From Octopus sinensis (Eukaryota), in contig NC_043005.1 of the NCBI RefSeq assembly GCF_006345805.1, positions 109,639,382-109,703,381 on the forward strand: a stretch of 64,000 bases of DNA. Reading direction: 5' to 3'. The notes beneath the pieces were generated by a model, which had not been told where the DNA came from, searched no databases, and saw only the letters and a list, made by a program, of their open reading frames with translations. The translations under genes and the position numbers were made by a program. Shown in pieces: positions 1 to 13,156 of this stretch (position 1 is its first letter; the number at the start of each line of letters is the position of its first letter).

Positions 1-141
1 AGCCGTTTCGGCAAAAGAGACCGATAGAATAAGTACTGGGCTTACAAAGAATAAGTCCTGGGATCGATTTGCTCGACTAAAGGCGGTGCTCCAGTATGGC
101 CACAGTCAAATGACTGAAACAAGTAAAAGAGTAAAGAGAGA
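1..141 (+). mobile_element. SINE family A, 3' part (truncated by window edge)
   Basis: Matches the 3' half of the full copies (gaccgatagaataagtact...ggcggtgctccagcatggcc...aaacaagtaaaagag). Confidence 0.85.
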
Positions 142-446
142 GTATATGAGATAGAAATATACATATATAAAAATGTATATGTATTGTATATATATATTGT
201 ATAAATATGTATGTGCATTATGCATATGTGTATGAGTGCATATATATATATATATATATATATCAATGGTTCTGTATGTGTATAGTCAAATATTTCAATT
301 CTTCTGTTAGGAAACTTAAATGTTCAAGAATGTATTTATTTTCCAATCTTTTACTCCGGTTCCATTTCATTGATTTAGACATTTTTTTCCTGAAATTTTC
401 AGTATTTTTGCTCCTGTTATTATTGACATATTTTCTTGTTTGTGTA

Positions 447-484
<38 letters not shown>

Positions 485-536
485 TACATGTGTATATATT
501 TATATATATATATATGTATATTTATATGTATGTATG

Positions 537-582
<46 letters not shown>

Positions 583-698
583 TACACACACATATATATA
601 CTTATATAAATATACATATCCATAAATACACATATTCACGTAAAGAAATATACACATTTATATACATAGATATTATAGATGCGTATGTGCATTTATAT

Positions 699-740
<42 letters not shown>

Positions 741-747
741 CATACAT

Positions 748-780
<33 letters not shown>

Positions 781-795
781 CATATATATATACAT

Positions 796-828
<33 letters not shown>

Positions 829-862
829 TATATATATACATATATACATACATACATATGTA

Positions 863-893
<31 letters not shown>

Positions 894-982
894 ATTTACA
901 TATATATGCATAAACCTCCACACAGACACACACATGCATATAAACGTGTGTATATGTGTATATAAGTATATATATATATATC
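141..982. repeat. Compound microsatellites (TA)n/(TAA)n/(CA)n/(TACA)n with short unique spacers
   Basis: Directly visible; source of the Y/I/H/T-rich ORFs. Confidence 0.95.
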
Positions 983-1270
983 ATGCTTTATCTCTGTCTT
1001 TCTGGTGATATCTTTGATGTTCGATATTTCGGTGGTGACAACAAAGAAGCGAAGACGGAGGAAGGTAATTTTAGTTTATTTTCTACTTTAGCTCATGTAT
1101 TTATTTTTAATTCCGTTAAATTATCTTTTGACCAACTTGGCACAGAATTCCGTTTAATTTACGACACTTTGGCACAACACGTACTCCCTCTCCCTCTCCC
1201 TCTCCCTCTCCCCACCAACTTTCTATCTCTCACTAAATCAACACAAACTAAACATGAAGTAAGTAAGTAG

Positions 1271-1294
1271 ATGATGATGGTGATGTTGATAGTG

Positions 1295-1331
<37 letters not shown>

Positions 1332-1452
1332 CAGCAGCAGTAGTAGTAGTTGTTGTTGTAGTAGCAGCAGCAGTAGTAGTAGTAGTAGTTGTTGTAGTGG
1401 TAGTAGTAGAAGCAGCAGCAGTAGTAGTGGTAGTAGCAGTAGCAGCAGCAGT
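1271..1452. repeat. (GTA/GCA)n trinucleotide microsatellite
   Basis: Directly visible. Confidence 0.95.
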
Positions 1453-1514
1453 ATAGGCTGTAGGAGTCACAAGAATAAATATAATAATTCTGATCTTTAT
1501 GATAACAATGTTGT

Positions 1515-1695
1515 CATATTTTAACCACGAGCCGACTCTAATAGGGCAGAACTATGATCAAAGGTATTCCAGCCATGACCATCCTATTTACTTAGAAATT
1601 ACCTAAAACAACATCACACTATATATCGGTTTTTTTTTCTTTTAAGGGAATAGGATATGATTTGAGGTGAGATTTAAATGCTCTTTGCATTACCC
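1515..1695 (+). mobile_element. Unclassified short interspersed repeat (family G), decayed
   Basis: gcagaactatgatcaaagg...ccagccatgaccatcc recurs near 43750-43790 (+) and reverse-complemented in 42075-42330. Confidence 0.45.
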
Positions 1696-1696
1696 T

Positions 1697-1722
1697 GAAG
1701 ATGATGATGAAGATGATGATGG

Positions 1723-1764
<42 letters not shown>

Positions 1765-1858
1765 CAATGATAATGATGACAATAATTATGATGGTGAGGT
1801 TGATGATGATGCTGATGATGATGATGATGATGATAACGACGATGACGAGGACAACGAG
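1697..1858. repeat. (GAT)n microsatellite
   Basis: Directly visible. Confidence 0.95.
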
Positions 1859-2322
1859 GTTGGAGCAGGGAAATGATTTTGAAATGAGAAGAATGATGGA
1901 AAATTTTTGAATGTGAGATTGAAAATGAGCGAAAGACTGTATGTGAAAGAGAGAGAGAGATTAATAGAGTGTCTGTAGGTTGTGTTTGTGAAGAGAAAAT
2001 TAGAAAGAGGAAGAAAGAAAGAAACAGATAGAGAGTTGGCAAATGAAGAAGAACAAAGAAAAAGGGTAAAAAGAAAAGGAGAGAGAGAGAGAGAGAGAGA
2101 GAGTTAGAGAAAGAAAATGGGAGGGAGGAAAAATTAAACAATTTCTTCTCTGTGAAAGACATTGTAAGTTGCCAAAATAAATTATACTTTCTGTATTGTT
2201 GACTTTCATCACCATTCTTCTTCTTCTTCTTCTTCTTCTTCTTCTTCTTCTTCTCCTCCTTCTCCTCCTCCTCCTCCTCCTCATCATCATCATTGTTATT
2301 GCGTATTATTAATATTATTATA

Positions 2323-2487
2323 GGCGTAGGAGTGGCTGTGTGGTAAGTAGCTTGCTTACGAACCACATGGTTCCGGGTTCAGTCCCACTGCGTGGCACCT
2401 TGGGCAAGTGTCTTCTACTATAGCTTCGGGCCGACCAAAGCATTGTGAGTGAATTTGATAGACGGAAACTGAAAGAAGCCTGTTGTA

Positions 2488-2527
<40 letters not shown>

Positions 2528-2750
2528 TATGCATGTTCTTATGTTTGGGCGTCTGTGTTTGTCCCCCAATATCGCTTGACAACTGATGCTGGTGTGTTTA
2601 CGTCCCCGTAACTTAGCAGTTCGGCAAAAGAGACTGATAGAATAAGTACTAGGCTTACAAAGAATAAGTCCCGGGGTTGATTTGCTCAACTAAAGGTGGT
2701 GCTTCAGCATGGCCACAGTCAAATGACTGAAACAATAAAAGGGTAAAAAA
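2323..2750 (+). mobile_element. SINE family A, full length (tRNA-derived head, CORE-like ccttgggcaag, internal TA/TG microsatellite)
   Basis: A-box-like tggctgtgtggt and B-box-like ggttcagtccc; about 15 near-identical copies in the window; gtaaaaga-type tail. Confidence 0.9.
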
Positions 2751-2777
2751 AAAAAGAATATTATTTATTATTATTGC

Positions 2778-2811
<34 letters not shown>

Positions 2812-2812
<1 letters not shown>

Positions 2813-2960
2813 GTGGTGAGAAGCTGGTAGAGTTGTTAGAATGTTGCAAAAGTGTTTTTCGGTGTTGCTTCTAACTTTTCTCTTTCTGAGTTCAAATTCT
2901 ACCATGGGAAACTTTACCTTTCATCCCTCAGAATTTAATAGAATAAAATACTAGTTAACA
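2812..2960 (+). mobile_element. SINE family B, diverged
   Basis: agctggtagag...gagttcaaattc...cctttcatcc. Confidence 0.65.
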
Positions 2961-3032
2961 GAATAAAAATAGTAAGGCTGATGGCATTGGATGCCATACC
3001 CCAACACCTCAAACTGCTGGCCTAATGACCAA

Positions 3033-3073
3033 ATCATCATCATCATTATTATCATTGTTGTTATTATTATTGC

Positions 3074-3130
<57 letters not shown>

Positions 3131-3154
3131 CATCATTGTTATTATTATTATTGC

Positions 3155-3196
<42 letters not shown>

Positions 3197-3201
3197 CATT
3201 G

Positions 3202-3248
<47 letters not shown>

Positions 3249-3269
3249 GTATTATTATTATTATTATTA

Positions 3270-3338
<69 letters not shown>

Positions 3339-3350
3339 TATCATTATTAC
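3033..3350. repeat. (ATT)n microsatellite
   Basis: Directly visible. Confidence 0.95.
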
Positions 3351-3365
3351 TGTTAATAAAACTTT

Positions 3366-3577
3366 GAGCTGGCAGAATCGTTAGCAAGCTGGATGAAACG
3401 CCTAGTGGTATTTCACCCGTCATTATGTTTTGAGTTCAAATTCCACCAAGATCCACTTTCCCGTTCATCCTTTTGGGGTCGACAGATTAAGTACCAGTGA
3501 AACACTGAGGTCGATGTTATGGACTAATCTCCTCCCAACAAATTTCAGGACTTGTGCTTTCAGTAGAATGGACTTAG
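3366..3577 (+). mobile_element. SINE family B variant ending in (ATT)n
   Basis: gagctggcagaatcgttagc...gagttcaaattcc...ttcatccttttggggtcgacagattaagtaccag. Confidence 0.75.
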
Positions 3578-3628
<51 letters not shown>

Positions 3629-3699
3629 GTCATCATCATCATCATCATCGTCATTATCATCATCATCATCATCATCATCAAGCTAGTACATGCTAATTT

Positions 3700-4340
3700 A
3701 ATTAGTGAGAGTGTTGTCTTGAGGTTTGGTAAAACCAAGTCTCCTCAAATCTCAATAATTTTTCTTAGCATGCTTGCAGAATATAGGATGATACTTTTCA
3801 ATAAGTTGACAATGAATGTCTCAATTTCAATATCTTTCAGTCTCTTATGTACCATTTTGGGTGTTGGGCCAAGTGTACCAGTCACTTTAGGAATAATTAT
3901 GCTGTTAATCTTCTACAGTCTTTTCAGCTCTCTAGCTAGATTCTGATGTTTCTCAATTTTTTCTCAATTTCTTTGGTATTTATTCCATTATCATAGGGAA
4001 TTGCAAATTCTATGATCTTACACTGTTTATTTTTCTCTATATAATTATATCAGGTCTTCTTGCTTGAATTGTATGGGCACTATTTATAAGGAGATCCCAC
4101 AAGATCCTATAATTCTCATTTTCTATCAGCACCTGGTACATACTTATACTTACCTGTTATTTTGAAGCCACTTATTCAACCAACATCCAAATCACTCTTT
4201 TATCTACATAGTCATACCTGCACTTATACTCTTTTTATGTCAGCTTACTGCACTCACTTAAGAGACAATTGATAATTTCATCTCCTTTCCTGCAGATTCT
4301 ACATTTGCTGTTTAATTGAGTTTTGTCGATTTTTATCATT
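3700..4340 (-). pseudogene. R4/Dong-clade LINE 3' end: CCHC zinc finger plus restriction-like endonuclease, decayed
   Basis: Minus-strand peptides SKCRICRKGDEIINCLLSECSKL, ENENYRILWD, ARRPDIII, KIEKHQNLARELKRL, VTGTLG. Confidence 0.8.
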
Positions 4341-4712
4341 ATTGTTGTTGTTGTCATCGTTATCACCACCACCACCATCATCATCATCACCATCATTATA
4401 ATCATGCATTTCACGAGTATTATTGGCTCTTGAAAAGTACACAAAATGTATTCATTTCTCTCTAAAGCCAGACCATAGTTAAAACATTACCAAATGAATT
4501 TTTTTCGTAGTACTTGAAATAAAGAAATATAATTACTTGAAGAAAACCTTCTCTCACTACCCAAGGGTAGAAAAAACAAAGAGGGTTATTTACATGCTTT
4601 TTCTTTTTCGTTTTCATGCATGACATTTTCACTTTAAAAATGGTGGCCCAACACAGTTACAATATATGACTAAATGTATTTCAACAGCAAACAAGCAAAA
4701 AAAAAACCCCAT

Positions 4713-4990
4713 TGTGGGATGACGTCAGCAGCTGGGGAGCTGACCAGAATTTGGGGCTAACCGGAAGGGGCAGCCATGACGCGCACACAGCGAGCGGGGC
4801 ATTCTGCCTTTTCGAGTCAGGTCGCCGAGGGGTTAAGACGGGTGATTCACATTGTTACGGTTGGGTGAAGCAGCTGCTATCTCTAGCATTTGGGTTGGGC
4901 TGTGTTGAAGAATCCGTTACTGCTGAAGGGTCTCCATCTGAGCAAAGAGAAGGTAGGGGCCTTTATTTCGAATCTCTCACATACACCACA
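4713..4990. mobile_element. Solo LTR (278 bp)
   Basis: Termini TGTGG...CCACA form a perfect inverted repeat; flanked by 5-bp TSD CCCAT (4708-4712, 4991-4995); GC/CpG-rich against an AT-rich background. Confidence 0.8.
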
Positions 4991-5329
4991 CCCATAATAC
5001 ATAAACATAATACACAGCTAACAGAAATAAAAGGAGAAAAATAACATTTAAATGAGCGTTCAATACTGAAAAACATTCCAAATAATCTAACTGGTAATTT
5101 TGAAAAGTGTGAGAGTGACAAAAGTGATGGGGACATTTATGTAGAGTCACAAATGCTAGATCACTTATACAGTACTTGTCTTGCCTCAGTTCTACAAGAA
5201 ACAGAATATTTAAACTTAGCATAGTTCCAACAAATAAAAAAAAATGCAATTAGAAGAATGTTGACCCAACTCTGTTTTATTGCCACATGATCTAATCCAA
5301 GAGAGAAGAAAGTAAAAAATATATAGCTG

Positions 5330-5733
5330 AAGTGGCTGTGTGGTAAGTAGCTTGTTTACCAACCACATGGTTCCGGGTTCAGTCCCACTGCATGGCATCT
5401 TGGGCAAGTATCTTCTGCTATAGCCTCGGGCCGACCAATGCCTTGTGAGTGGATTTGGTAGACGGAAACTGAAAGAAGCCTGTCGTATATATGTATATAT
5501 AAATATGTATGTGTGTGTATATGTTTGTGTGCCTGTGTTTGTCCCCCTAGCATCGCTTGCCAACCAATGCTGGTGTGTTTACATCCCCGTCACTTAGCGG
5601 TTCAGCAAAAACAGACCAATAGAATAAGTATTCAGCTTACAAAGAATAAATCCCGGGGTCAATTTTCTCGACTAAAGGTGGTGCTCCAGCATGGCCGCAG
5701 TCAAATGACTGAAACAAGTAAAAGAGTAAAAGA
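5330..5733 (+). mobile_element. SINE family A
   Basis: Near-full-length match to the 2323 copy. Confidence 0.9.
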
Positions 5734-5829
5734 GCTGCTTTAGTAAAGACGGACCTGAACTGAATCTTCCTGCATAAGAAGTACACCAAGCACTTCAAAA
5801 TATCTTGGAAGAAATAATCTCAACAGAAG

Positions 5830-6295
5830 AGGTACGATTTAGCATTATCTGCTGGACCAAATGATGCAGAAACTTAGAAAAAGAGCCTAGATTAGTCAAC
5901 AGATCCACTCCTATTTTATTGCAAGAAAACGCCTGACCATACATCGCAAAAATGACATTGGCGAAACTACAGGAGTTGGAATTGGAAGTTCTTCATCATC
6001 CACCATATTCACTTGATCTTGCTCCTACTGGCTACCACTTCTTCCAGAATTTGGATAACATTTAAATTGGGAAAAAATTTAATTCTGACGATGCTGTAAA
6101 ACAGGCCTTCCAAGATTTTATTGACTCTAGATTGCCAGGCTTTTACAGTTCTGGGCTGGACAAGCTACTGCGGAAATGGTAAAAAATTATTGATGAAATG
6201 GGTGAATACTTTGGTGAATAAAACTATTCTTTGTATTTATAAAACATTAGCAAACTTTTTTCTTTTCCATAAATTTCATACTTGATGACCTAATA
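5830..6295 (+). pseudogene. Mariner (Tc1/mariner) transposase C-terminal half plus right end
   Basis: RLVNRSTPILLQENA*PYIAKMTLAKLQELELEVLHHPPYSLDLAPTGYHFFQNLDN...KW*KIIDEMGEYF; YSPDLAP-type motif; ends in TIR-like ...tgatgacctaaTA. Confidence 0.85.
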
Positions 6296-6299
6296 TTTA

Positions 6300-6860
6300 T
6301 ATTCCCTTATTCTGGCCTATTTTTCATTTCATATATAAGTTCCTATAGCCAGGCCATTTCCCTGTTATGCTATACCTTTTTGCTTCAAATATCTGACCAA
6401 AGTCCCTTGCTGCTTCAGTATTTGGTACATTATTTTCCTGATGTTCATTCTCATTGTTTAACTGTTGTTAATGTTTTCTCTGATTGATTCTGAAGAGCCT
6501 GAACTTCTGGGTGTAAATTATTCTTTGTATATAAGTTTATTTTTTTATATTACCTTAATTTTTTGGCTTATCTCTGCTCTATTTTCTTGTAATCTTTTGA
6601 GTCTGATGTTGTACTTTTTTGAGTGCACTTCTGCATCTTTCCTTCATTGGTTTTTCAAATATTTTCCAAGATGTTTCTTGAACTATTCCATTTGATACTC
6701 AACCTTCTGCTAATCATTATCATCATTAAAGTTATTACAGGCTACTTTAATTAACAGGGATAATGTCTAGAAGTTTGGTGACAACAAATCTCAGATCTCA
6801 AGAATCTTTCATAGTGAGCATCACAAATGCAGTCTCCTTCAGCTTCTTAGGTTGCAATCG
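6300..6860 (-). pseudogene. R4/Dong-clade LINE fragment (region N-terminal to RT)
   Basis: FRLFRINQRKH*QQLNN...PNTEAARDFGQIF resembles the N-LF..NQ..FY...FW..IW segment preceding RT in RLE LINEs. Confidence 0.55.
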
Positions 6861-6870
6861 GGTTGTGAAA

Positions 6871-7350
6871 AGTGGTTGTGTGGTAAGTAGCTTGCTTACC
6901 AGCCACATGGTTCCGGGTTCAGTCCCACTGCATGGCACCTTGAGCAAGTGTTTTCTACTATAGCCTCGGGCTGACCAAAGCCTTGTGAGTGGATTTGGTA
7001 GACGGAAACTGAAAGAAGCCTGTCGTATATATATATATATATACATACATACATACACACACATACCATGTTTTTGTGTCTGTGTTCCCCCCCCACTACC
7101 ACTGTTTGACAATTGGTGGTGGTGTAGTTGCAACCCTGTAACTTAGCGGTTTGGCAAAAGTGACCAATAGAATAAGTACCAGGCTTACAAAATAAGTCTC
7201 ATGTATGTGTATGTATATGTTTGTGTGTCTGTGTTTGTCCCCCCAACATTGCTTGACAACCGATGCTGGTGTGTTCATGTCCCCATAACTTAGCGGTTCA
7301 GCCGCAGTCAAATGGCTGAAACAAGTAAAAGAGTAAAGAGTAGAAGAGTA
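6871..7350 (+). mobile_element. SINE family A, internally duplicated/rearranged
   Basis: Body runs to ~7200, the microsatellite+body segment then repeats (7201-7300) before jumping to the tail. Confidence 0.8.
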
Positions 7351-8800
7351 ATTACCACAGGTAGTTGTCACACGTCTTCCACAATTTCTTCATTTCTCTG
7401 GCCAGGTCTTGATATTTCTCAATTTCCTCAGTTTCTTTGCTATCATCTCCATTATTATATGGTATTGCAAAGTCTCTGACCTTACACTGTTTCCAATGGT
7501 TTTTTAATTTTTTTTCTTTTGCCCTTTACAAACATTTCTGGTCTCCTAGATTCAGTAATATGTTCGTTCATGGTGGAGAAATCTTTTAAGACCTTGTAAT
7601 TATTACTCTCTATCACAGCTTCTCTTACTTTGAATCCATGCATTTGACTAACATCCTAATGCACTCTTTTAACTATAGCCAGACCTGCACTTACTGAAGG
7701 CAGCGAGCTGGCAGAAACGTTAGTGCACAGGGTGAAATGTTTAGAGGTATTTCATCTGTCGTTACATTCTGAGTTCAAATTCACCGAGGTCAACTTTACC
7801 TTTCATCCTTTCGGGATCGATTAAATAAGTACCAGTTTCGCACTGGGGTCGATGTAATCCACTTAATTCCTTTGTCTGTCCTTGTTTGTCCCCTCTATGT
7901 TTAGCCCCTTGTGGGTAGTAAAGAAATATACCTGCTCTTACTGCATTCCCTCAAGGGATTGTTAATATCTTTGTTTCCTATCCCACAGATTTGGCTTGTT
8001 TCTGAGTGGCTATAATTCAGCAGTTTGGGTTCTTGTTTTCAGTTTCTGCTCATCAGACACAACCAGTGCACTTGAATTCCAACATTTTTGGTTCATTGCA
8101 TAAATTGACCATGTAATTCTTTCCTTCTCTTTCCGTCTACTTGTTCTGTTCTTCTATTTCTGTTACATTTTGCATATCAGCAGCTGTATGTAGCATCCTT
8201 TCTTCACAACGTACACCATAGTTTTACAAACCCAATATCACAGTACCAAAGGCATCTTCTACATTTATCAGTCTTCTGACTCCTTCCTTTCTTAGTAGAG
8301 CTTCTTGGTATTACTTTTAGGGTGCTGCACACTGTGCATTCTGAGCACTTTCCTAGTTCTTCTAAATTCTCTAGCTTGCTCTTTGTCCATTTTAGAAAAG
8401 GATCAGAATATTTTAATACTAACATAGTCCTTGTATTGCTTCTTTTGATAATATTAGCTTTATTTAACTTTGCTTTGAGTAGCCTTATAATTCTTCTCTT
8501 GTATTCTTTGGAGATTTTCCCTCTCATTTCTCCTTCCATTATCTTGTCATCTTGCAGCACCCCTACGTACTTGAATCCATCATTAGCCCTTACTTATCTA
8601 AGGATTTTGTCTGGTGAAAATTTTATACCATCAAAGTTTATCTTTCAGCTCTCTTTCAGCCATAATTAACACTGCACCCTTAATTACCCCAAACTCTATA
8701 CTAATATCCTGTGTGAATACTGTCACTGCTTGGATTTCGGAATCCAGATCTTTTCCACATTTTATACGCAGTTTCACGCCAGTCATATAAGTAAAATATT
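7351..8800 (-). pseudogene. R4/Dong-clade LINE, RT C-terminal part through RLE, decayed
   Basis: YMTGVKL (YMDDIKL), FTQDISIEFGVIKGA, KEYKRRIIRLLKAKLNKANIIKRSNT, ESRRPE, KIEKYQDLAREMRKLW. Confidence 0.8.
7697..7929 (+). mobile_element. SINE family B, full length, inserted in the LINE
   Basis: 14-bp TSD acctgc(a/t)cttactg at 7683-7696 and 7930-7943. Central cctttcatcctttcggggtcgataaa-type block resembles the Meta/MESC SINE domain as I recall it. Confidence 0.9.
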
Positions 8801-8813
8801 TATAATACTCTTT

Positions 8814-9078
8814 ACACACACACAAATACATAGATACACACACACTCACACACACAAATACATAGATACACACACACACGCACACACACAAATACATAGA
8901 TACACACACACACACACACACAACTATATATGCACATATATATATATACATTATCAGCCTAAACAGATATATTTTCCTAAAATGCTTTACACAACAATTA
9001 TTTTGATTATGCTTGCAAAATACATATATATGTGTGTGCGTGTGTGTGTGTATGTATATAAATGTGTGTGTATATGTA

Positions 9079-9109
<31 letters not shown>

Positions 9110-9167
9110 GTATATACATATATATATATTTATATATATATAAGTATATAGATAGATAGACAGATAC

Positions 9168-9234
<67 letters not shown>

Positions 9235-9310
9235 GATAATTTAAATAGATAAGTATATATGTGTGTAAGTATGAATATGTATGTCATATATATGTGTCTA
9301 TACATATGTA
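8814..9310. repeat. Compound (CA)n/(TA)n/(GATA)n microsatellites
   Basis: Directly visible. Confidence 0.9.
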
Positions 9311-9979
9311 AGCACACATTCTTCTTTGATAAAATGGCTATTTGCCAGTTTATACACTTCATCAATATAATATGTAAATTTTTGAACAAAGACCAAAAAT
9401 AAATAAATGAAACAAATACAAAATAGGAACAAAAACAATATAAAAAAAAAACTTAATGAAATACATAATAATAAATAAACATAAAATAAATAGACATAAT
9501 ATATATAAAAAAAGATATATGAAAGAAACTGGACCGAAATAGATCAAACGAAATTTGGGTGGGGATGAAGGAATCGGTGTATATATATATCAGAGCAAAA
9601 CTATTATTTAGTTAAATTATTAGATACAGAGACCATATTAAATCAATGAACAGATGTGGGAAGAACAAAAGACTAAATCAAGAAACAATACAAAATAAGA
9701 ATAGGAATTCTTTACTTTGGCTCAGGAAGCACAAAATTATTGCAAGGTTTGGCAGAGTAGGGTTGTGATGGTTTAATTGACTCCCCGACCACTACCCACC
9801 ACCACCACCCATACAGATGTGTTGGCTGTTTTCAACTTTATTGCTCTTCTTCATTTTATTAACCCTAGAGGGAAGAAATGAAAAGTCAGCTCATCTCATC
9901 AGCCAATTCTTCTTCCAAGATGGGATTTGAACTCAGAATGTAAATGAATACAAAATGGGATTTCAGTAAATATTCTACA

Positions 9980-10259
9980 TAGACAATATTTTACGTAGGA
10001 TGTGGACAGTTCCCACGAGCAATATTTTTAGAATTTCTTCCATTTTTGGATTTCCTAGTATCTGAGCAAGGTAGTAATCAACCCTTTTTGCTATCATTCC
10101 GAGGACACCGATGACAACAGCTATTTTTTTTTAGTCTTGAGGTTCCACATTTTGCCAATTTCTATTTCTTTATGCTTGTTCAATTTTTGGTAGGTTTTGA
10201 CAGATACATTTATGTTGATTGGAATAGTCATATTGATAAGGAGGCATGACTTTTGTCTA

Positions 10260-10260
<1 letters not shown>
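9980..10260 (-). pseudogene. R4/Dong-clade LINE RLE C-terminus, 5'-truncated against (TAA)n
   Basis: CLLINMTIP...EIEIGKMWNLKT...VVIGVLGMI...LVGTVHILRKIL. Confidence 0.8.
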
Positions 10261-10325
<65 letters not shown>

Positions 10326-10327
10326 TA

Positions 10328-10520
10328 GGTGGTAAGCTGGCAGAATTTTTAGCACACTGGATGAAAAGTTTAGTGGCACTTTGCCCATTGCTACATTTCT
10401 AAGTTTAAATTCTCACCTTTCAGGGTTTGATAGATTAAGTACCTGTGAAACACTGGGGTTGATGTAATTGACTAGTCTCCTCCCGCCAAATTTCAGGCTT
10501 TGTGCCTACAACAGAGACGA
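10328..10520 (+). mobile_element. SINE family B variant, diverged
   Basis: aagctggcagaatttttagc...gatagattaagtacc. Confidence 0.6.
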
Positions 10521-12682
10521 TTATTATTATTATTATTATTACTATCACTATCAGAAATGCCACCCAGATGATAGTTTTATGCTAACAATAATATTGCTAA
10601 TTAATATAGTTTCTTTTATTCCCAGGTTCCCAATGTTTCTCTCTGTAGCTTCACTGGTATTTTTTGAGGCATTAGCATAGTGGTATTCTTTAACCCTAAA
10701 GTAATCTTGTCTGATGTAGACTTCATAACATTCACTATTCCTGATTTTATATACCATTTAGGGCCACAGACATATATTTTCATCTTTGATCAGGCGGTTG
10801 GTCAATGTACATAAGGTGTTCTTTTGGCCTATTTTTTGTTAGGACTCTCCTCAGGGAAGGTTCTGAGTATACAAGTCAAATATTCAATCCTTCCTTATGG
10901 ATCACAAAGTGAATTGCAACCATTGTTTTCTCATTGAAATGTGGCAATTACAAAAAACTCATGTATGAGATTTATTATGTGTTCTGCTGATGTGTGTGTG
11001 TGTGCAGGCACACGTGCATGTGTGTAGATGCATACACACACACATTACACATGCACACACAAACTTGCACACATACATACACATACTTACACACACATAT
11101 GTATATATACTGATAAAAGCTTTTATGTATGGTGCAGGCATGATATTCCACATTTGTCACTACTTCTGTGAAACAGGGGTGATGCTGATACTCCTTGTTG
11201 AGATTGTAACTAGTTGCTATGTTCTGTTGTGTCTGGGGAGAGTCATTTTCTTTTTGTGCCTTATAATGTAACACACTCACTGGTAAAATTTCCACTTATT
11301 TCTTATTTTTATTTTCCTAAAATTTTCGTTGCGTCTTTCAACCTTTTCAATAGTTTTGACTCTGTCTGTTATTTACACTGTGTTCCTTTTTGTTTGTTTG
11401 TGTGCATGTGTGTGGGTCAGTGTGTGTGTGTGTGTGTGTGTGTGTGCCTATGCATGCATGCAATCATGTACGTATGTATGTATGCATGTGTATGTATGTA
11501 TGCATGTGTATGTATGTATGCATGTGTGTGTATGTATACATGTGTGTGTATGTACGTGTGTGCATCTGTATGTATTCTGCATATTCATGTGCTTGCATGT
11601 CAATGTTTGTGTATTTTTTATGTATGTGTGTGTGTGTGAGCGTGTGTTTGTATATGTATGCACCTCTGTGTGTGCATGTCTGTGTGTGTGTATGTATTTT
11701 GCAACTATGTACCATGTTAGTATGTATGGATGTGAATCTCTATATATGTGGACATGTGTCTCCATGTGTGTCCTTGTGTGGAGTAAAGTGTGTGTGTATA
11801 TATGGTCATGTGTTTCAGTCTCCAGCTCTCCCCAGACACAACAATATGCTTCAACACACGAACTGACATAAAGAATCTTGCAAACCAAATCCAAAAACGA
11901 AATATAGTTACTCTGTGCTTACACAGAATTCAGGAATAAATACAATAGTTTATTTTGTAAAAAATAAGTAAAGGTTGGTGAGAAGGTAAGCATCTATTAG
12001 TAAAATGTAAAATCTTGCTTCAAATAATTCCCTATCTAACCAATTGTAGCAGAACCCCTCATCCAGAAAACAGACATGGTGTAGTGATACAGCTATGATT
12101 TATGCTAGAGTTATGTAAGGTCATAACATTCAGTGCCCCCCAGTAGATTGAGGATGTCATGGGTTTGCAGTTAGGTAATTAGATCCACAATGTACCTATT
12201 TGGGGGTTTGGTACAGGGAAAGGGTAGCAGTAAAAAGAAGCCTGAAAATAGAAAAATGCTTCATTATGGATATGAGAGATGCATGTGGGATAAATTGACT
12301 GCATTGATATCCAAAAACAAATCCTCGGTGAATTGTAAAGTACTCAAGTTGCTGAAAGGAGTGGTTGTCACTGCACTCAACTTTAAGTAATGGCCACATG
12401 GAAATTAGAGAGGAAAAGCATGCAACGTCGCAGACCAAAGAATTCAGACATTTCCAAGTAGCAACAATACAGCTCAGAAGTGCCGGAAGAAATGTAGTAT
12501 TGTCAAAAAGAGGAAATATTGTTTATTTCCAGTCAACAAATCATAAATGAACTGCCTTACAGTTCAAGTTATATGCAATACATATGCATGCACTCAGACA
12601 TACATGCATAGATGTATGCCTCATTGTTCAGTTTTATTTCAAGATTTCTTGCTACTAGAAAAAGAGCCAGTTTCTAACTTCG

Positions 12683-12805
12683 ACTGGGGATCTGGGAAGC
12701 CTGGAGCCTGGTGCAGCCTTCTGGCTTCCCAGATCCCCGGTCAAACCGTCTAACCCATGCTAGCATGGAGAACGGACGTTAAACGATGATGATGATGATG
12801 ATGAT
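12683..12805 (+). mobile_element. RTE-type 3' end (family E), short
   Basis: cccatgctagcatggagaacggacgttaaac followed by (GAT)n tail. Confidence 0.75.
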
Positions 12806-12910
12806 TCAAGGCTCCTTCATTGGAATTTCAACATCAATAACAGGGTAGTTTTGTATGTATGTATATATGTATGTATGTATATATGTATGTATGCATGCAT
12901 ATATGTATGT

Positions 12911-13066
12911 GGAGTGGTTGGCGTTAGGAAGGGCATCCAGCTGTAGAAACACAGCCAGATCTGACTGGCCTGGTGCAGCCTTCAGGCTTCCCAGACTCCA
13001 GTTGAACCGTCCAACCCATGCTAGCATGGAAGGCGGACGTTAAACGACGATGATGATGATGATGAT
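12911..13066 (+). mobile_element. RTE-type 3' end (family E)
   Basis: ggagtggttggcgttaggaagggcatccagctgtagaaac...ggacgttaaac(GAT)n. Confidence 0.8.
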
Positions 13067-13156
13067 GCATATATGTATGTATGTATGGATGGATGGATGC
13101 ATGCATGTATGTATGTAAGTATAAGTGCAGATTTTATGTTTTACTTTATGTATTCT

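Noticed and set aside
985-1070. Possible plus-strand exon ending AAG|GTAATT
   Set aside because: No AG acceptor after the pyrimidine tract.
11310-11362. Hammerhead-like TTGAAAA...GAAA motif on the minus strand
   Set aside because: Two core deviations and no stem I.
12135-12560. Possible decayed AP-endonuclease fragment (also 27320-27650)
   Set aside because: Too degenerate to support by eye.
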